A DNA stretch of 45,428 nucleotides from an uncultured Candidatus Saccharibacteria bacterium (GTDB taxonomy: Bacteria; Patescibacteriota; Minisyncoccia; 2-02-FULL-40-12; GWA2-44-9), in NCBI GenBank assembly GCA_964429675.1, contig CAYSDF010000001.1, positions 1 to 45,428 on the forward strand, written 5' to 3'. The first letter of the stretch is position 1; the number at the start of each line of letters is the position of its first letter. The notes below the pieces were generated by a model, which did not search any database, had not been told where the DNA came from, and saw only the letters and a list, made by a program, of their open reading frames with translations. The position numbers and the translations under genes were made by a program. This document shows positions 1 to 9,265 of this stretch, piece by piece.

Positions 1-264
1 GATAAGAAGAATAATGCATGTAGACCAGTGGTAGTAGGTAAGCAAATAATAGACTATCCTGATGAAGCACTGAGGCTTGAGGCTATAAAGACAGCGTTTA
101 AACTACATGGAGTGTTGGATAGGAAGCAGGAAGACAGTATAAAGACCCAAGTTAATATCTCTATGGATAGCAATGACTTACCAAAGATGTCAGAGTTGAT
201 AGATAGACTAGATAGCCTGAGCAACAAGATGGGGTTTCTGATTGAAGACGGCGAGTGTGTGTAG
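1..264 (+). CDS. terS: terminase small subunit, 3' portion (same ORF as 45083..45428, joined across the circular junction; about 184 aa in total)
   Basis: Position 1 (= 45374) is in frame with the ATG at 45083. The N-terminal part carries LSLRQERFAQEYIKNNGDATKAAEIVY, the HTH signature of Terminase_2-type small subunits. It lies upstream of terL. Confidence 0.75.
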   Translation, partial: DKKNNACRPVVVGKQIIDYPDEALRLEAIKTAFKLHGVLDRKQEDSIKTQVNISMDSNDLPKMSELIDRLDSLSNKMGFLIEDGECV

Positions 265-330
265 TTAACATACGGTGTATTATAAGAAGTTCATAAGACT
301 ATGGCAATCATTGGCTTAAGAAATGAAAAC

Positions 331-349
331 GGGGGGCAGGGGGTGGGGG
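331..349 (+). other. G-rich tract GGGGGGCAGGGGGTGGGGG in the terS-terL spacer
   Basis: Read directly. Three G5-6 runs within 19 nt in an otherwise moderate-GC genome, non-coding, about 55 bp upstream of the repeat array. Confidence 0.6.
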
Positions 350-404
350 TTAGGATGAATAATCCCACTCAGAAATCGCTACGTAGTTTAAGCAAAAAGG
401 AATT

Positions 405-567
405 GTCGTGACAATCCAAATAAGTAAGCGAGAAATAAGTCGTGACATTTATAAATACCTAAAGGAAGGGGAATATGTCGTGACAAATCATGGAGTACCT
501 GAGTATGTCGTGACAATTAAGAAGGTAAGTGGAGAGATACCTGTCGTGACAAATAATGTCGTGACAA
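405..567. repeat. array of six direct copies of GTCGTGACA(A/T), usually preceded by T, between terS and terL; candidate terminase or regulator binding sites
   Basis: Copies start at 405, 439, 477, 507, 543 and 558. The core TGTC-GT-GACA is an imperfect inverted repeat. I saw no further exact copy elsewhere in the window. Confidence 0.8.
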
Positions 568-683
568 AAATAGATACAGTTGAAGAGGTACGAAAAGTAG
601 TAAAGTTTGTAGGAGAGAAACACAGTTGCGGGTGTAAGAGAGAGGGAAAGAATAAGACATGTCCGAAGCATTATTGTTATTGA
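408..683 (+). CDS. hypothetical 91-aa protein with a Cys-rich C-terminus (coding status uncertain)
   Basis: GTG start inside the first DNA repeat. The VVT tripeptides are simply the DNA repeats read in frame. The stop lies 1 nt before the terL ATG. C-terminus is HSCGCKREGKNKTCPKHYCY. Confidence 0.4.
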   Translation: MTIQISKREISRDIYKYLKEGEYVVTNHGVPEYVVTIKKVSGEIPVVTNNVVTKIDTVEEVRKVVKFVGEKHSCGCKREGKNKTCPKHYCY

Positions 684-684
684 T

Positions 685-2253
685 ATGAGTAACGACCCGA
701 TATATGACCGGTTCAGTAAGAATCCGATGAGTTATGGTATCTGGTATTTCCAGAATCATTTCCGGATGGAGGGGAGTCCGTTTCATCTGAAGTTATTGCA
801 GGTGGCGGCGGATGAGAGTGTGAAGAGGCTAGCGTGTGCTGCGCCAAGGGAGAGTAGTAAGTCGACTTTACTAAGTTTTCTATTTTCCAGTTGGGGGATA
901 GCGTTTAAGAAGTTTCGGTTTATTTTAAATGTACAGAATACGTTTAATAAGAGTGTGAGTTCGTTAGAGGCGATAAAAGAGGAGTTTAAGATAAATGAGC
1001 GGCTGAAGAGAGATTTCGGGGTAGAGTTAAAGAAGGACCGGGAGGGGGACACGATATTTCATCATCCGGACGGTTTTGAGACGCGGGTGTTGAGTAAGGG
1101 AGCCGACCAGATAGGAAGTGTGAGAGGCGAGAAGTTCGGGGCCTACAGACCGGATTTGATAGTAGTGGACGACCTAGAAGACGATGAGTTGGTAAAGAAC
1201 CCGGAGAGAAGAAACGACCTGCAAAGGTTATATGATGAAGCCTTAATCCCGGCAGGAGACGCAAATAATTTAAAGGTAATTGTCATAGGGACGATATTGC
1301 ATGATGATTCCCAAATGGCGAAGTTAGTGAGTAGAGACTATTATCCGGAGTACCGGAAGTTAAAGTTCAGGGCAAGGATAGAGAAGGACAAAGAATATTT
1401 CTCTTTATGGCCGGAGAAGTGGTCGGTAGAGAGACTGAATCAGCTGGAGAAAGAGAAACCGAATGTCTTTGCGAAGGAGTACCAGAACGACCCGGTCTCA
1501 GGGATGATGAGCACTTTCAAGAGAGAGGATTTTCGGTATTGGAGGGTACAGGACGGGGACTATGTGCTTTTAGATGAAGAGGGTGGTGTGGTAGGGCGAG
1601 GGGCGTTATCGTCGTGTGTAGGGGCGATTGCGTGCGATTTAGCCCTAGAGGAGAGGCGCACCTCGGATTTCACGGTCGTGATGCCGGGATATTTGACACC
1701 GAACAGTGAAATATTGATTGAGGATTATTTCTGTAAGAAGGGAGTGATGCCGGACGAGTTGGAGCACATTCTGTTTCCGATGGAAGAGCGGATGAGAAAG
1801 TTAACGGGGAGTGTGATACCAGTAGGATTTGAGAAAGCGAAGATAGAAAAGATAGCGAGACATTTATTAAAGCAGGCGATGGTGAGAAGGAATCATTTTC
1901 TGGTACTTAAAGATTTGATGTGGGATGGAGATAAAGTGACGAGGATGACGACGAGGTTACAGCCCCGGTATGCTCAGCATGTGATATTTCATAAGAAGGG
2001 GATGGGAGATTTAGAAGAGCAGCTGATAAGAATCCCTAGTGGTGTGCATGACGATATCCCGGATGCGGAGCAGGGGTTAGTGCAGCTGTTGCAGTATCCG
2101 AAGGCAAAGAAGAAAGAAGAGAAGCCAGTGGATAATTTCGACTGGTGGAGGAAGCAGAGTGCTGGGTACCGGGAGAAGAACAAACGAAGTTATATATTTG
2201 GTGAGAAGAAGAGGGAGCCCTTATTTAAAGTAGTCCAGTGTCCACCTAATTAA
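685..2253 (+). CDS. terL: terminase large subunit
   Basis: 522 aa. Walker-A-like AAPRESSKST and Walker-B-like PDLIVVDDLEDDE, followed by a C-terminal nuclease-sized domain. It sits between terS and the portal gene. Confidence 0.85.
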   Translation: MSNDPIYDRFSKNPMSYGIWYFQNHFRMEGSPFHLKLLQVAADESVKRLACAAPRESSKSTLLSFLFSSWGIAFKKFRFILNVQNTFNKSVSSLEAIKEEFKINERLKRDFGVELKKDREGDTIFHHPDGFETRVLSKGADQIGSVRGEKFGAYRPDLIVVDDLEDDELVKNPERRNDLQRLYDEALIPAGDANNLKVIVIGTILHDDSQMAKLVSRDYYPEYRKLKFRARIEKDKEYFSLWPEKWSVERLNQLEKEKPNVFAKEYQNDPVSGMMSTFKREDFRYWRVQDGDYVLLDEEGGVVGRGALSSCVGAIACDLALEERRTSDFTVVMPGYLTPNSEILIEDYFCKKGVMPDELEHILFPMEERMRKLTGSVIPVGFEKAKIEKIARHLLKQAMVRRNHFLVLKDLMWDGDKVTRMTTRLQPRYAQHVIFHKKGMGDLEEQLIRIPSGVHDDIPDAEQGLVQLLQYPKAKKKEEKPVDNFDWWRKQSAGYREKNKRSYIFGEKKREPLFKVVQCPPN

Positions 2254-2300
2254 AAATTTATAATCGTCGCTGACGGGCGATAGATTATCCAACGGTTTTA

Positions 2301-2340
2301 AAAAGGAGTTCTTGTCGACAAGCAAGAACTCCTTTTTTGT
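2301..2340 (+). terminator. strong hairpin flanked by an A-tract and a T-tract (intrinsic-terminator-like, potentially bidirectional)
   Basis: AAAAGGAGTTCTTG (2301..2314) pairs with CAAGAACTCCTTTT (2323..2336) and is followed by further T residues. It lies between the terL stop and the portal start. Confidence 0.6.
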
Positions 2341-2351
2341 TGGGGAAAAAT

Positions 2352-4409
2352 ATGAAAATAGATAAAGACAGATTATTTGAGTTAAAGAACCAGATTATCA
2401 TGGCAGAGAAGCTGAATAAAGAAGAGCTTGAGCCCGTGATGAAAGAGGGTATTGAAAGGTATACGGGGATACACATCCCGAAGTACGGGTATAACTGGGA
2501 CATTATGTTGAATGAAGTGTATCCGATAATCCAGACGAATCTGCCGGCGATATTCTTTAGGAACCCGAAGGCGTTTTTAAAGCCGAGGCAGAAGACGTTT
2601 ATAGCCAAGAAGCTCGACCCGGAGACGGGGAAGAAGATTGATATCGAGATGGATTCCCAGAAATCAGCGAATACGCAAGAAGGGATACTGAATTACGACA
2701 TTTACCGCATGAAGTATAAACGGGAGACGAGGAAAGTCTTAGTAGATAGTTTGCTTTTTCCTCACGGAGTTCTTTGGCACGGATACAAAGGTGATTTCGG
2801 TATGACAGAGGAGCAGAATCTCTGGATAGAAGACGATAAAGTCTTTGTCTCGAGGCTTTGTCCGATACGGTTCATTAAAGACCCGAATGTGAATATGTCG
2901 AATATCGACGAAGGCAAGTGGGTCGGAAGAATCATCGACATGCCTTATCAGGATTTGGTCGAAGACGACAAGCTGGATGTGAATAAGGCTCTGATAAAAG
3001 GATTTAAGGGGTACGGAAATAAAGTAGGGCTAGCTTCGTACTTACATGCGAAGGACACACTACAGGTGGGTGGGGTCGACAAGCTCACGTTGGGCGGGTT
3101 TCGCAGGAATTTACTGGAGTTTACCGACGAAGGTTTTAGAGAAAGCAAGTATTCGAAGTTCGTGAGGGTGTATGAAATATTTTTAAGACCGACGAAGCAG
3201 GAAAGAAGAAAAGGCGGGAAGGGATACATACTGCTTTTGACTTTCGAGCAGCCGGAACCGTTAAGGGTGAATGAGTGGACGATTAAAGCCGAAGGGTTCC
3301 CGTCGAAGATACTTCAGTTCAACGAATTAAATGACCAAGAATACGGTATGCCGGATATCGATACCTATAAAGACATCGCTGACCAGAAAAACATCATTAC
3401 GAATTTACAATTACGAAATGCGCAGGAGAATTCAAAGGTTTATGTCGGGATAGCGACGGCGGGGATAGACGGCGAGGAGAATATCGAGAAGATACAGAAA
3501 GGCGACCAGACGATAATTCTTTTCCCCGGGGAAACGATATTAAACCGTATGACAGTACAGTCCGGTGGCGGACAGGCTTCCAGTGAGCTTTATCTTATCG
3601 ACCAGAGAATCCAGAAGAACCTCGATGACAAATCCGGGGTGACCGATTTACGACGGGGAGTTTTGCAGAGCGGGGAAGAGAGTGCCCTGAGTGTCAAGAT
3701 GAGAGCGAATGCCTCGACGGCCCGTCCGGCGTACCGACAGGACATCATGGCGGATTTCCTGAAAGAATCTTTTGTTTATATCAACCAGCTTCACAAACAG
3801 TTCATGCCCTACGAAGAGGCAGTGAGGATTATCGGGAGCCTGGATTTACAGTGGACGGATAAGCCGACCAGAGAGGATATACAGGCGGATGTGGATGTGG
3901 AGATAGACGCTATTTCGATGTTACCGGAGAATCCACAGGAAGAGTTGGCGCAGTTACAGCAGATTTTAATGTTGATGATGCAAGGCATAACCCAGCCAGC
4001 GATAATGGAGAAAATTAAGCAGGAAGGTAAGACGATAAATCTATCTCCGATAATCGAGCAGATACTTATCCGCTCGAAAATTAAAGACCCGGATATTTTC
4101 CGTAACCTGAAACCGGAAGAGAGTCAGGGATATGTAGCGGTCGAGCAGTTACAGGAAGCAAAGGCCAATGTTAATGCGGCCTTAACTGGTCAGCCTGTGC
4201 CTTTCCCCCCGAAGGTGCAGGATGACCATATAGCTAAGCTCGAGATTTATACTACGATACAGGAATTGCTGGCGAAAGCGAATCAGGTCAGTGACATCTT
4301 GGAGCAGTTGATACAGATACAGTCCCAGCTTTTACAGGAAGTGCAGGACAAACAGGCCCAAGAAGGGCAGAAGATAAATCTTAAAAAACCCCAAACGGTG
4401 AATATATGA
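2352..4409 (+). CDS. portal protein (putative)
   Basis: 685 aa from the first ATG (MKIDKDR). The ORF-track TTG start at 2337 lies inside the hairpin. Size and position immediately after terL, with an acidic Gln-rich C-terminus. Confidence 0.65.
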   Translation: MKIDKDRLFELKNQIIMAEKLNKEELEPVMKEGIERYTGIHIPKYGYNWDIMLNEVYPIIQTNLPAIFFRNPKAFLKPRQKTFIAKKLDPETGKKIDIEMDSQKSANTQEGILNYDIYRMKYKRETRKVLVDSLLFPHGVLWHGYKGDFGMTEEQNLWIEDDKVFVSRLCPIRFIKDPNVNMSNIDEGKWVGRIIDMPYQDLVEDDKLDVNKALIKGFKGYGNKVGLASYLHAKDTLQVGGVDKLTLGGFRRNLLEFTDEGFRESKYSKFVRVYEIFLRPTKQERRKGGKGYILLLTFEQPEPLRVNEWTIKAEGFPSKILQFNELNDQEYGMPDIDTYKDIADQKNIITNLQLRNAQENSKVYVGIATAGIDGEENIEKIQKGDQTIILFPGETILNRMTVQSGGGQASSELYLIDQRIQKNLDDKSGVTDLRRGVLQSGEESALSVKMRANASTARPAYRQDIMADFLKESFVYINQLHKQFMPYEEAVRIIGSLDLQWTDKPTREDIQADVDVEIDAISMLPENPQEELAQLQQILMLMMQGITQPAIMEKIKQEGKTINLSPIIEQILIRSKIKDPDIFRNLKPEESQGYVAVEQLQEAKANVNAALTGQPVPFPPKVQDDHIAKLEIYTTIQELLAKANQVSDILEQLIQIQSQLLQEVQDKQAQEGQKINLKKPQTVNI

Positions 4410-4615
4410 ATTTAATCCAGATTTCCCCCAATGTAATCTTAAATGCGGAGCATATTTCCTGTATTGAGCAGACCCGAGAACGAGGTAAAGACGTGATTTA
4501 TGTCTGGTGTAACGGCGTGAAGTACGAGTATGACAACGAAAAGAACGCTCCGATAGGGTATTTCATCAGTTTACTGACGAATTCAGGTAAGAAAGAGCAG
4601 TATTTCGCCCTATGA
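4406..4615 (+). CDS. hypothetical protein (69 aa)
   Basis: ATGA overlap with the portal stop and with the next ORF, indicating translational coupling. Confidence 0.55.
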   Translation: MNLIQISPNVILNAEHISCIEQTRERGKDVIYVWCNGVKYEYDNEKNAPIGYFISLLTNSGKKEQYFAL

Positions 4616-4974
4616 CACACATAATCGTTAAAAATTACGAGCATTTCAACCGCAGTTTACCGAACTGGGACTCTCCGAAGGGGAAGTATATAAGGAGCAA
4701 GGCTCAATATCAGAACGAACTGGCGAAATCCGGGATGAAAGTGGTCGAGAAGTTCGGGCAGACCAGTGAACCGAAGAGAAAAGAGTACGTTATCTCCCAA
4801 AAGACAAGAGAAATCATCAAAGAAGTTCGCCAGACTAAAGACAAGAAGGGTAATGTAAGGTTAAGTGATCGGCAGATAGATGCCATGAGACAAATGGGAG
4901 CGATAGGCAAAAAGATACCGACGTATATGGGGAAACCTAGTGGGAAAGGCGGTTTTTATGCCGTTGACAGGTAA
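4612..4974 (+). CDS. hypothetical basic protein (120 aa)
   Basis: Tightly packed in the head module. Lys/Arg-rich. Confidence 0.55.
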   Translation: MTHIIVKNYEHFNRSLPNWDSPKGKYIRSKAQYQNELAKSGMKVVEKFGQTSEPKRKEYVISQKTREIIKEVRQTKDKKGNVRLSDRQIDAMRQMGAIGKKIPTYMGKPSGKGGFYAVDR

Positions 4975-5089
4975 AGGCAAAGAGATTTTATCGAGTATGA
5001 AGAAAAGTTACGGGGCTAAGAAAGCGAAATCGGTTTTCTATGCCTCGATAAATGCCGGGAAGATAAAAGGAGCGGAAAAAGGCAAATGA
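4958..5089 (+). CDS. small basic protein (43 aa, below the ORF-track cutoff)
   Basis: Hand translation gives MPLTGKGKEILSSMKKSYGAKKAKSVFYASINAGKIKGAEKGK. It overlaps both neighbouring ORFs, sharing ATGA with the ORF at 5086. Confidence 0.45.
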   Translation: MPLTGKGKEILSSMKKSYGAKKAKSVFYASINAGKIKGAEKGK

Positions 5090-5310
5090 ATTTCATTCGT
5101 ATCCGAGGAGGAGTGGTGGTAAGGCGGGATTGCATTGAAGTCATTGAGCAGGTGGACGATTTTCGCTGCCGGGTGACGGTGAACGGCACGATATACGAAT
5201 GTAACTTACCATTTTCATCGCTTTTGAGTGCTTTAGAGCTCGTACAGACTCCCGGAGTGAGTTTGCCGGGGATAAGTCCAAGTGGGCCCAGTCAATATTT
5301 TGCAGGATAA
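5086..5310 (+). CDS. hypothetical protein (74 aa)
   Basis: ORF in the operon frame, upstream of the scaffold-like gene. Confidence 0.5.
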   Translation: MNFIRIRGGVVVRRDCIEVIEQVDDFRCRVTVNGTIYECNLPFSSLLSALELVQTPGVSLPGISPSGPSQYFAG

Positions 5311-5338
5311 TCAATTCTAACCTGAAAGGGAGAAAATT

Positions 5339-6154
5339 ATGCCAGAACCAACTGTAGTTGAGCCCCAAGTAGTGCCTTCGGTGGTCAATCCGGCGGTGAA
5401 GTCCGAACCGGATTTAATCACGAAGGTTACGCAGTTCAAAAAAGAAACTGTCCAGCCGGAGGGCGTTGATATTAACTTCGACTATAAAGAGTTGGAGAAT
5501 ATCAAAGACCCGGTTGCTAAAGAAGTGGCTATGAAGGCGTATAAGAGCATGCAGGCCGGAGCCACTAAAAAATTTCAAGAGGCTTCTCAGTTAAAAAAAG
5601 AAGCCGAGGAAAAACTGAAGAGCGTCGAGAAGAAACAATGGACACCGGAGTTGATTCAGAAAGAGTTACTGAACGACCCCCAATTTCTTTCGGCGGCGCA
5701 GTTAATTTCCGGGAATAACAACAACACAGAATCGTCGTTGTTGTCGGACGAGGAGAAGGCGGAGATGAATAGACTCAAGAACAAAGTGATGACTCTTGAG
5801 CAATCGAATCAGCTCGCTTTAATCTCTCAGGAAGACGCACAGCTGTCATCGAAGTTCTCTGATTACAATTCCGTCAGGATTGATGAGGCGTTATCGAATC
5901 TGGTCAATACTCAGCCTCATAAACTACGGGAGTATGTGTATAAGGCGACTTTTCACGATGAGCATGTCAAGGCGGCTTATGAGATGGGTCTCCAAGAATC
6001 TAAAAAAAACAATCAAGAAAAAATTAATGCGTTCTCTGCGAATGGGAGTCAGGTGAATTCCAGTGAGAATATTCCGGTCAAGGACAAGGGAGAGAGTGAC
6101 ACGGCGTATTTCATTCGACTGGCCCAGAGCAGAATGGCGCAGATGAAAAAATAG
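5339..6154 (+). CDS. scaffolding protein (putative)
   Basis: 271 aa, Glu/Lys/Gln-rich and coiled-coil-like, immediately upstream of the capsid gene. GGGAG RBS. Confidence 0.55.
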   Translation: MPEPTVVEPQVVPSVVNPAVKSEPDLITKVTQFKKETVQPEGVDINFDYKELENIKDPVAKEVAMKAYKSMQAGATKKFQEASQLKKEAEEKLKSVEKKQWTPELIQKELLNDPQFLSAAQLISGNNNNTESSLLSDEEKAEMNRLKNKVMTLEQSNQLALISQEDAQLSSKFSDYNSVRIDEALSNLVNTQPHKLREYVYKATFHDEHVKAAYEMGLQESKKNNQEKINAFSANGSQVNSSENIPVKDKGESDTAYFIRLAQSRMAQMKK

Positions 6155-6167
6155 AAAGCAGGCATAA

Positions 6168-7118
6168 ATGGCAAGCGCATACGGTATTCCAACGACAATA
6201 GACAGTGTTGTCTTAGCTACGTCTTTGGCGGATTATCAAAAGACTTTAGCGGACAACGTCTATAACACCAACGTAGTGTTGTCCATGCTATCCCGGAATA
6301 AAGAGTTGAAAGACGGTGGACTTTCCATCGTTCAGCCCTTAATGACGGTGAAGCAGGATGACGGAGGATTTTTCTTGGGAGCGGATGTCCTGAATAACAC
6401 TCAAAAGAATTTCGCCAATCAGATTGAATATCTCTGGCAGAACGCTTATGAGCCTATTCAGTTGACCCGTGATGAAGAGAGACAGAATAGCGGCAGTGAG
6501 CATCGGATTCTCAGTCTCATGGCCGCCAAGACCAAATCTTCAGAAATGGCTATCGCCGATAGATTGGAGCAGGCTTTAACGACTCCTCTGGCGAACGCTA
6601 ACAACCTGATTGACCTCGAGACACTGGTTAATACCGGGACTCTGGGGACAATCAACGGAGCCACAACGACTATCTGGCAGTCGACCTTAACGACTTCCGG
6701 TGTCTTTGCGACTCAGGGTCTTTCGGATATGACGACAGCGACTTATGCTGTGGCCTCTTCGGGACAAGTGGATAATCCCACGGATTATCTAACCACGAAA
6801 ACAATCTTCCAAAAGTTTGAGCAGACCCGTCTTCCGCTCGAGAGAATTGCCAATGGCAATACCTCAGCGAATGCCGGATTCACCAATCTTACTTTTAAAG
6901 GAAAACCCGTGGTTTATGGAAACTATGTTTCCGCAGGGTTGTTGTTCGGTTTAAACATGAACTATATCCATCTTGCGGTGGATACGGTGACGGATTTAAT
7001 TACAACCGATTTCAGGGAGCCGGTGAATCAGATGGTACGAGTTGCGTACATTCTGTGGAGAGGCCAACTCTGGACGGATAATCGCAGACGTCATTTCAAA
7101 CTCTCGAGTATTACCTAA
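6168..7118 (+). CDS. major capsid protein (putative)
   Basis: 316 aa. Position follows the portal-scaffold-capsid order. No family signature could be verified by eye. Confidence 0.6.
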   Translation: MASAYGIPTTIDSVVLATSLADYQKTLADNVYNTNVVLSMLSRNKELKDGGLSIVQPLMTVKQDDGGFFLGADVLNNTQKNFANQIEYLWQNAYEPIQLTRDEERQNSGSEHRILSLMAAKTKSSEMAIADRLEQALTTPLANANNLIDLETLVNTGTLGTINGATTTIWQSTLTTSGVFATQGLSDMTTATYAVASSGQVDNPTDYLTTKTIFQKFEQTRLPLERIANGNTSANAGFTNLTFKGKPVVYGNYVSAGLLFGLNMNYIHLAVDTVTDLITTDFREPVNQMVRVAYILWRGQLWTDNRRRHFKLSSIT

Positions 7119-7136
7119 AAGAAAGGAGTTTGAAAA

Positions 7137-7406
7137 ATGGCAGTTCAGACACCAGCATCAGGATACCCTATCCGGGAATCGGTTGGTTCATTAACTCTAT
7201 TTATCGTCAGGTTCACCTCGGTAGCTACGACTGACACTTACGCCAGTGGTCTAGGCAGTAATGTTGTCGGATACTGGGCGAACGGAGAAACGGATGAAGG
7301 CACCGACGGTGATGAAGGGATTAATGTGGCGAACAGTTCCGGAACGTTTACTTTTGCCTTAAAGACAGCTGGAATTGTGACGCTGTATATTCTGGCAAGG
7401 GCTTAA
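7137..7406 (+). CDS. small virion-module protein (89 aa), Thr/Gly/Ser-rich
   Basis: AAAGGAG RBS. Lies directly after the capsid gene and could be a decoration-type protein. Confidence 0.5.
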   Translation: MAVQTPASGYPIRESVGSLTLFIVRFTSVATTDTYASGLGSNVVGYWANGETDEGTDGDEGINVANSSGTFTFALKTAGIVTLYILARA

Positions 7407-7462
7407 TTAAATTGGCGCAATATGTTGAGGCATGCAGAGGCGCCTAACGAAAGGAAATTACA

Positions 7463-8287
7463 ATGGCTTTACCTTCACCACAGTATTTCAGTAACGCAAT
7501 AGTCGGCAATATGCAATCCGGTGCGGACGTTAATGTTTACCGTACGGATTCTGCACCGAAATATCCGATAGGACAAGGGTTCTACCGGGCAGACGGAAAT
7601 ATCTTCCGGTACGCTTCGTTCGATGCTGCCGTGACCGCTGGACGGTTAGTGGCCCCGGTGGTAGCGAATAACGGCTTGACGGTGACCGATAACAAAATTA
7701 TCGGAGCGGCTTCGGCGACTATCGTCGAGGCAGAACGACCGATTCAACCGGGAACCGTGGGAAGTCACTGGATTCAAGTGACCATCTCGGGGATAGCGGC
7801 TAGTAAATACGCCGGTGGGTATTTAATTACTGAAGATGGGTCAGGTAAATCTTTCACTTACAGAATCGCCAATAACACGGCGACGAACAATCCTGTGAGC
7901 GGAGATTTATATCTTCAGTTGTATGAACCCCTACAGGCACAGGTCAGCGCAAATACCGACATTATCATCGTTCCCAGCATGTATAACGATGTGGATGTCG
8001 CTTCTGCGGCGACCAACTGGGCAGTGAGCGGAGTTGCGATGTCAACTACGACCTCGACCAATATCTTTGGTTGGGTCTGTACTCACGGTGTGGTCGGTGT
8101 GTTGCAGGATGGGGCTTGGACTGGCGGCGACCAGCTGGCTCTGTCTACGGCGGTTAATGGAGCGGCCTGTACTTACGGTGCTTTAACGACCAGCGTCTCG
8201 GCTCTTACCGGAGTTCAAATCATCGGTTATGCCATTCAGAACGGTGGCGATACCGAATTGGGAGCAGCTTACTTACAAATCGAATGA
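7463..8287 (+). CDS. hypothetical virion protein (274 aa), Ala/Thr/Gly/Ser-rich
   Basis: AAAGGAAA RBS. Its stop overlaps (ATGA) the start of the downstream GT-A-like gene. Confidence 0.55.
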   Translation: MALPSPQYFSNAIVGNMQSGADVNVYRTDSAPKYPIGQGFYRADGNIFRYASFDAAVTAGRLVAPVVANNGLTVTDNKIIGAASATIVEAERPIQPGTVGSHWIQVTISGIAASKYAGGYLITEDGSGKSFTYRIANNTATNNPVSGDLYLQLYEPLQAQVSANTDIIIVPSMYNDVDVASAATNWAVSGVAMSTTTSTNIFGWVCTHGVVGVLQDGAWTGGDQLALSTAVNGAACTYGALTTSVSALTGVQIIGYAIQNGGDTELGAAYLQIE

Positions 8288-8958
8288 AAAGTATTTTCAT
8301 TGGAGTTTGTCAGACACGTCAGGACGAAAGGTTTCAGTCATCGTATCGTCGGTTTACGGATGATCTAGTCGAAGACTACAGTATCTGTATGACGAAGGTG
8401 ATTGATACCTTTCTTCCTGACGCTCAGAATCAGATAGCGGAAAGGTTTCTGGCTTCGGAATACGATTACCTTCTGCTTCTGGATGATGACCACTGGGGGC
8501 ATACGAGGGAGATGTTAGAGACGTTAATAAAGGCCGATTCCGATATGGCGACGATAAAGACGTATTCGAGGCATTACCCTTATTCCTGTGCTCTGATGAA
8601 AAAGACAAATACCGGGTATGCGGGGATAGAAAACGGAAAAGGATATCAGGAATGCGATATGACCGGGTTTCCGATGACGTTGATTAAACGGAAACTTTTC
8701 TTAAAGCTCGAGAAACCGTATTTTCGAGGAAGGTATGACGGAGGGAGAGACTGGGCCACGGATAAAGAGTTTTGCGAGAGGATACGGGACTTAGGGATTA
8801 AACCGATGGGATGTTTTCAGCATTGCTTACCTCATGCCGATATTACTGAGGAGAATGTGCAGGAACGAAGATATTTAGAGAGATGGCAGAATAACAATAT
8901 CGCTTCGTATATGTTATTCCATCAACGAAGGAGAGAAGAATGTATGGTGCCCCGGTAG
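8284..8958 (+). CDS. GT-A-like glycosyltransferase, structural-module copy 1
   Basis: 224 aa with a YDYLLLLDDDHWGH (DxD-type) motif. Clear full-length paralogue of 11369..12040, sharing LDDDH.GHT.EMLE.L, GF.MTLIKR, KPYF, MGCF.(H/Y)CLPH. Confidence 0.55.
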   Translation: MKSIFIGVCQTRQDERFQSSYRRFTDDLVEDYSICMTKVIDTFLPDAQNQIAERFLASEYDYLLLLDDDHWGHTREMLETLIKADSDMATIKTYSRHYPYSCALMKKTNTGYAGIENGKGYQECDMTGFPMTLIKRKLFLKLEKPYFRGRYDGGRDWATDKEFCERIRDLGIKPMGCFQHCLPHADITEENVQERRYLERWQNNNIASYMLFHQRRREECMVPR

Positions 8959-9239
8959 GGACGAAGGTCATAACGTCTAGTCAGCAGGTTGTTCCGACAA
9001 ATTTCCACGCAAGGCTTTTTAATATGAATATTCTGGCCGCCGGAACGAGTACGACGGTACAGGCGTTAAGTAATGGAGCGACAGGGACGTTAATTTTACA
9101 GGAACAGAGTACGTCGAGTAATCCGAAGACCGTGGATTATGGAGTCAACGGCCATGAATTCCCGAAGGGGATATATATATTATTTGATGCGCAGACAACA
9201 CAGGTAACGTTGTCATATCGACAAGAAGAAAGCAATTAA
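8940..9239 (+). CDS. small beta-rich virion-module protein (99 aa), Ser/Thr-rich
   Basis: Overlaps the end of the GT gene. Contains AAGTSTTVQALSNGATGT. Confidence 0.5.
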   Translation: MYGAPVGTKVITSSQQVVPTNFHARLFNMNILAAGTSTTVQALSNGATGTLILQEQSTSSNPKTVDYGVNGHEFPKGIYILFDAQTTQVTLSYRQEESN

Positions 9240-9265
9240 CCAAGTCTAACCGAGAGGAGACAGTT

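Noticed and set aside
331-349. Calling the G-tract a definite G-quadruplex
   Set aside because: Only three long G-runs plus a GG are present, so a canonical four-tract G3+ quadruplex needs the G6 run to be split. It is kept only as a G-rich tract of possible structural relevance.
405-567. Possibility that the six short repeats are a CRISPR array
   Set aside because: The repeat unit is only 10-11 bp, the spacing is irregular (15-38 bp), and there are no cas genes. It is far more consistent with protein-binding sites.
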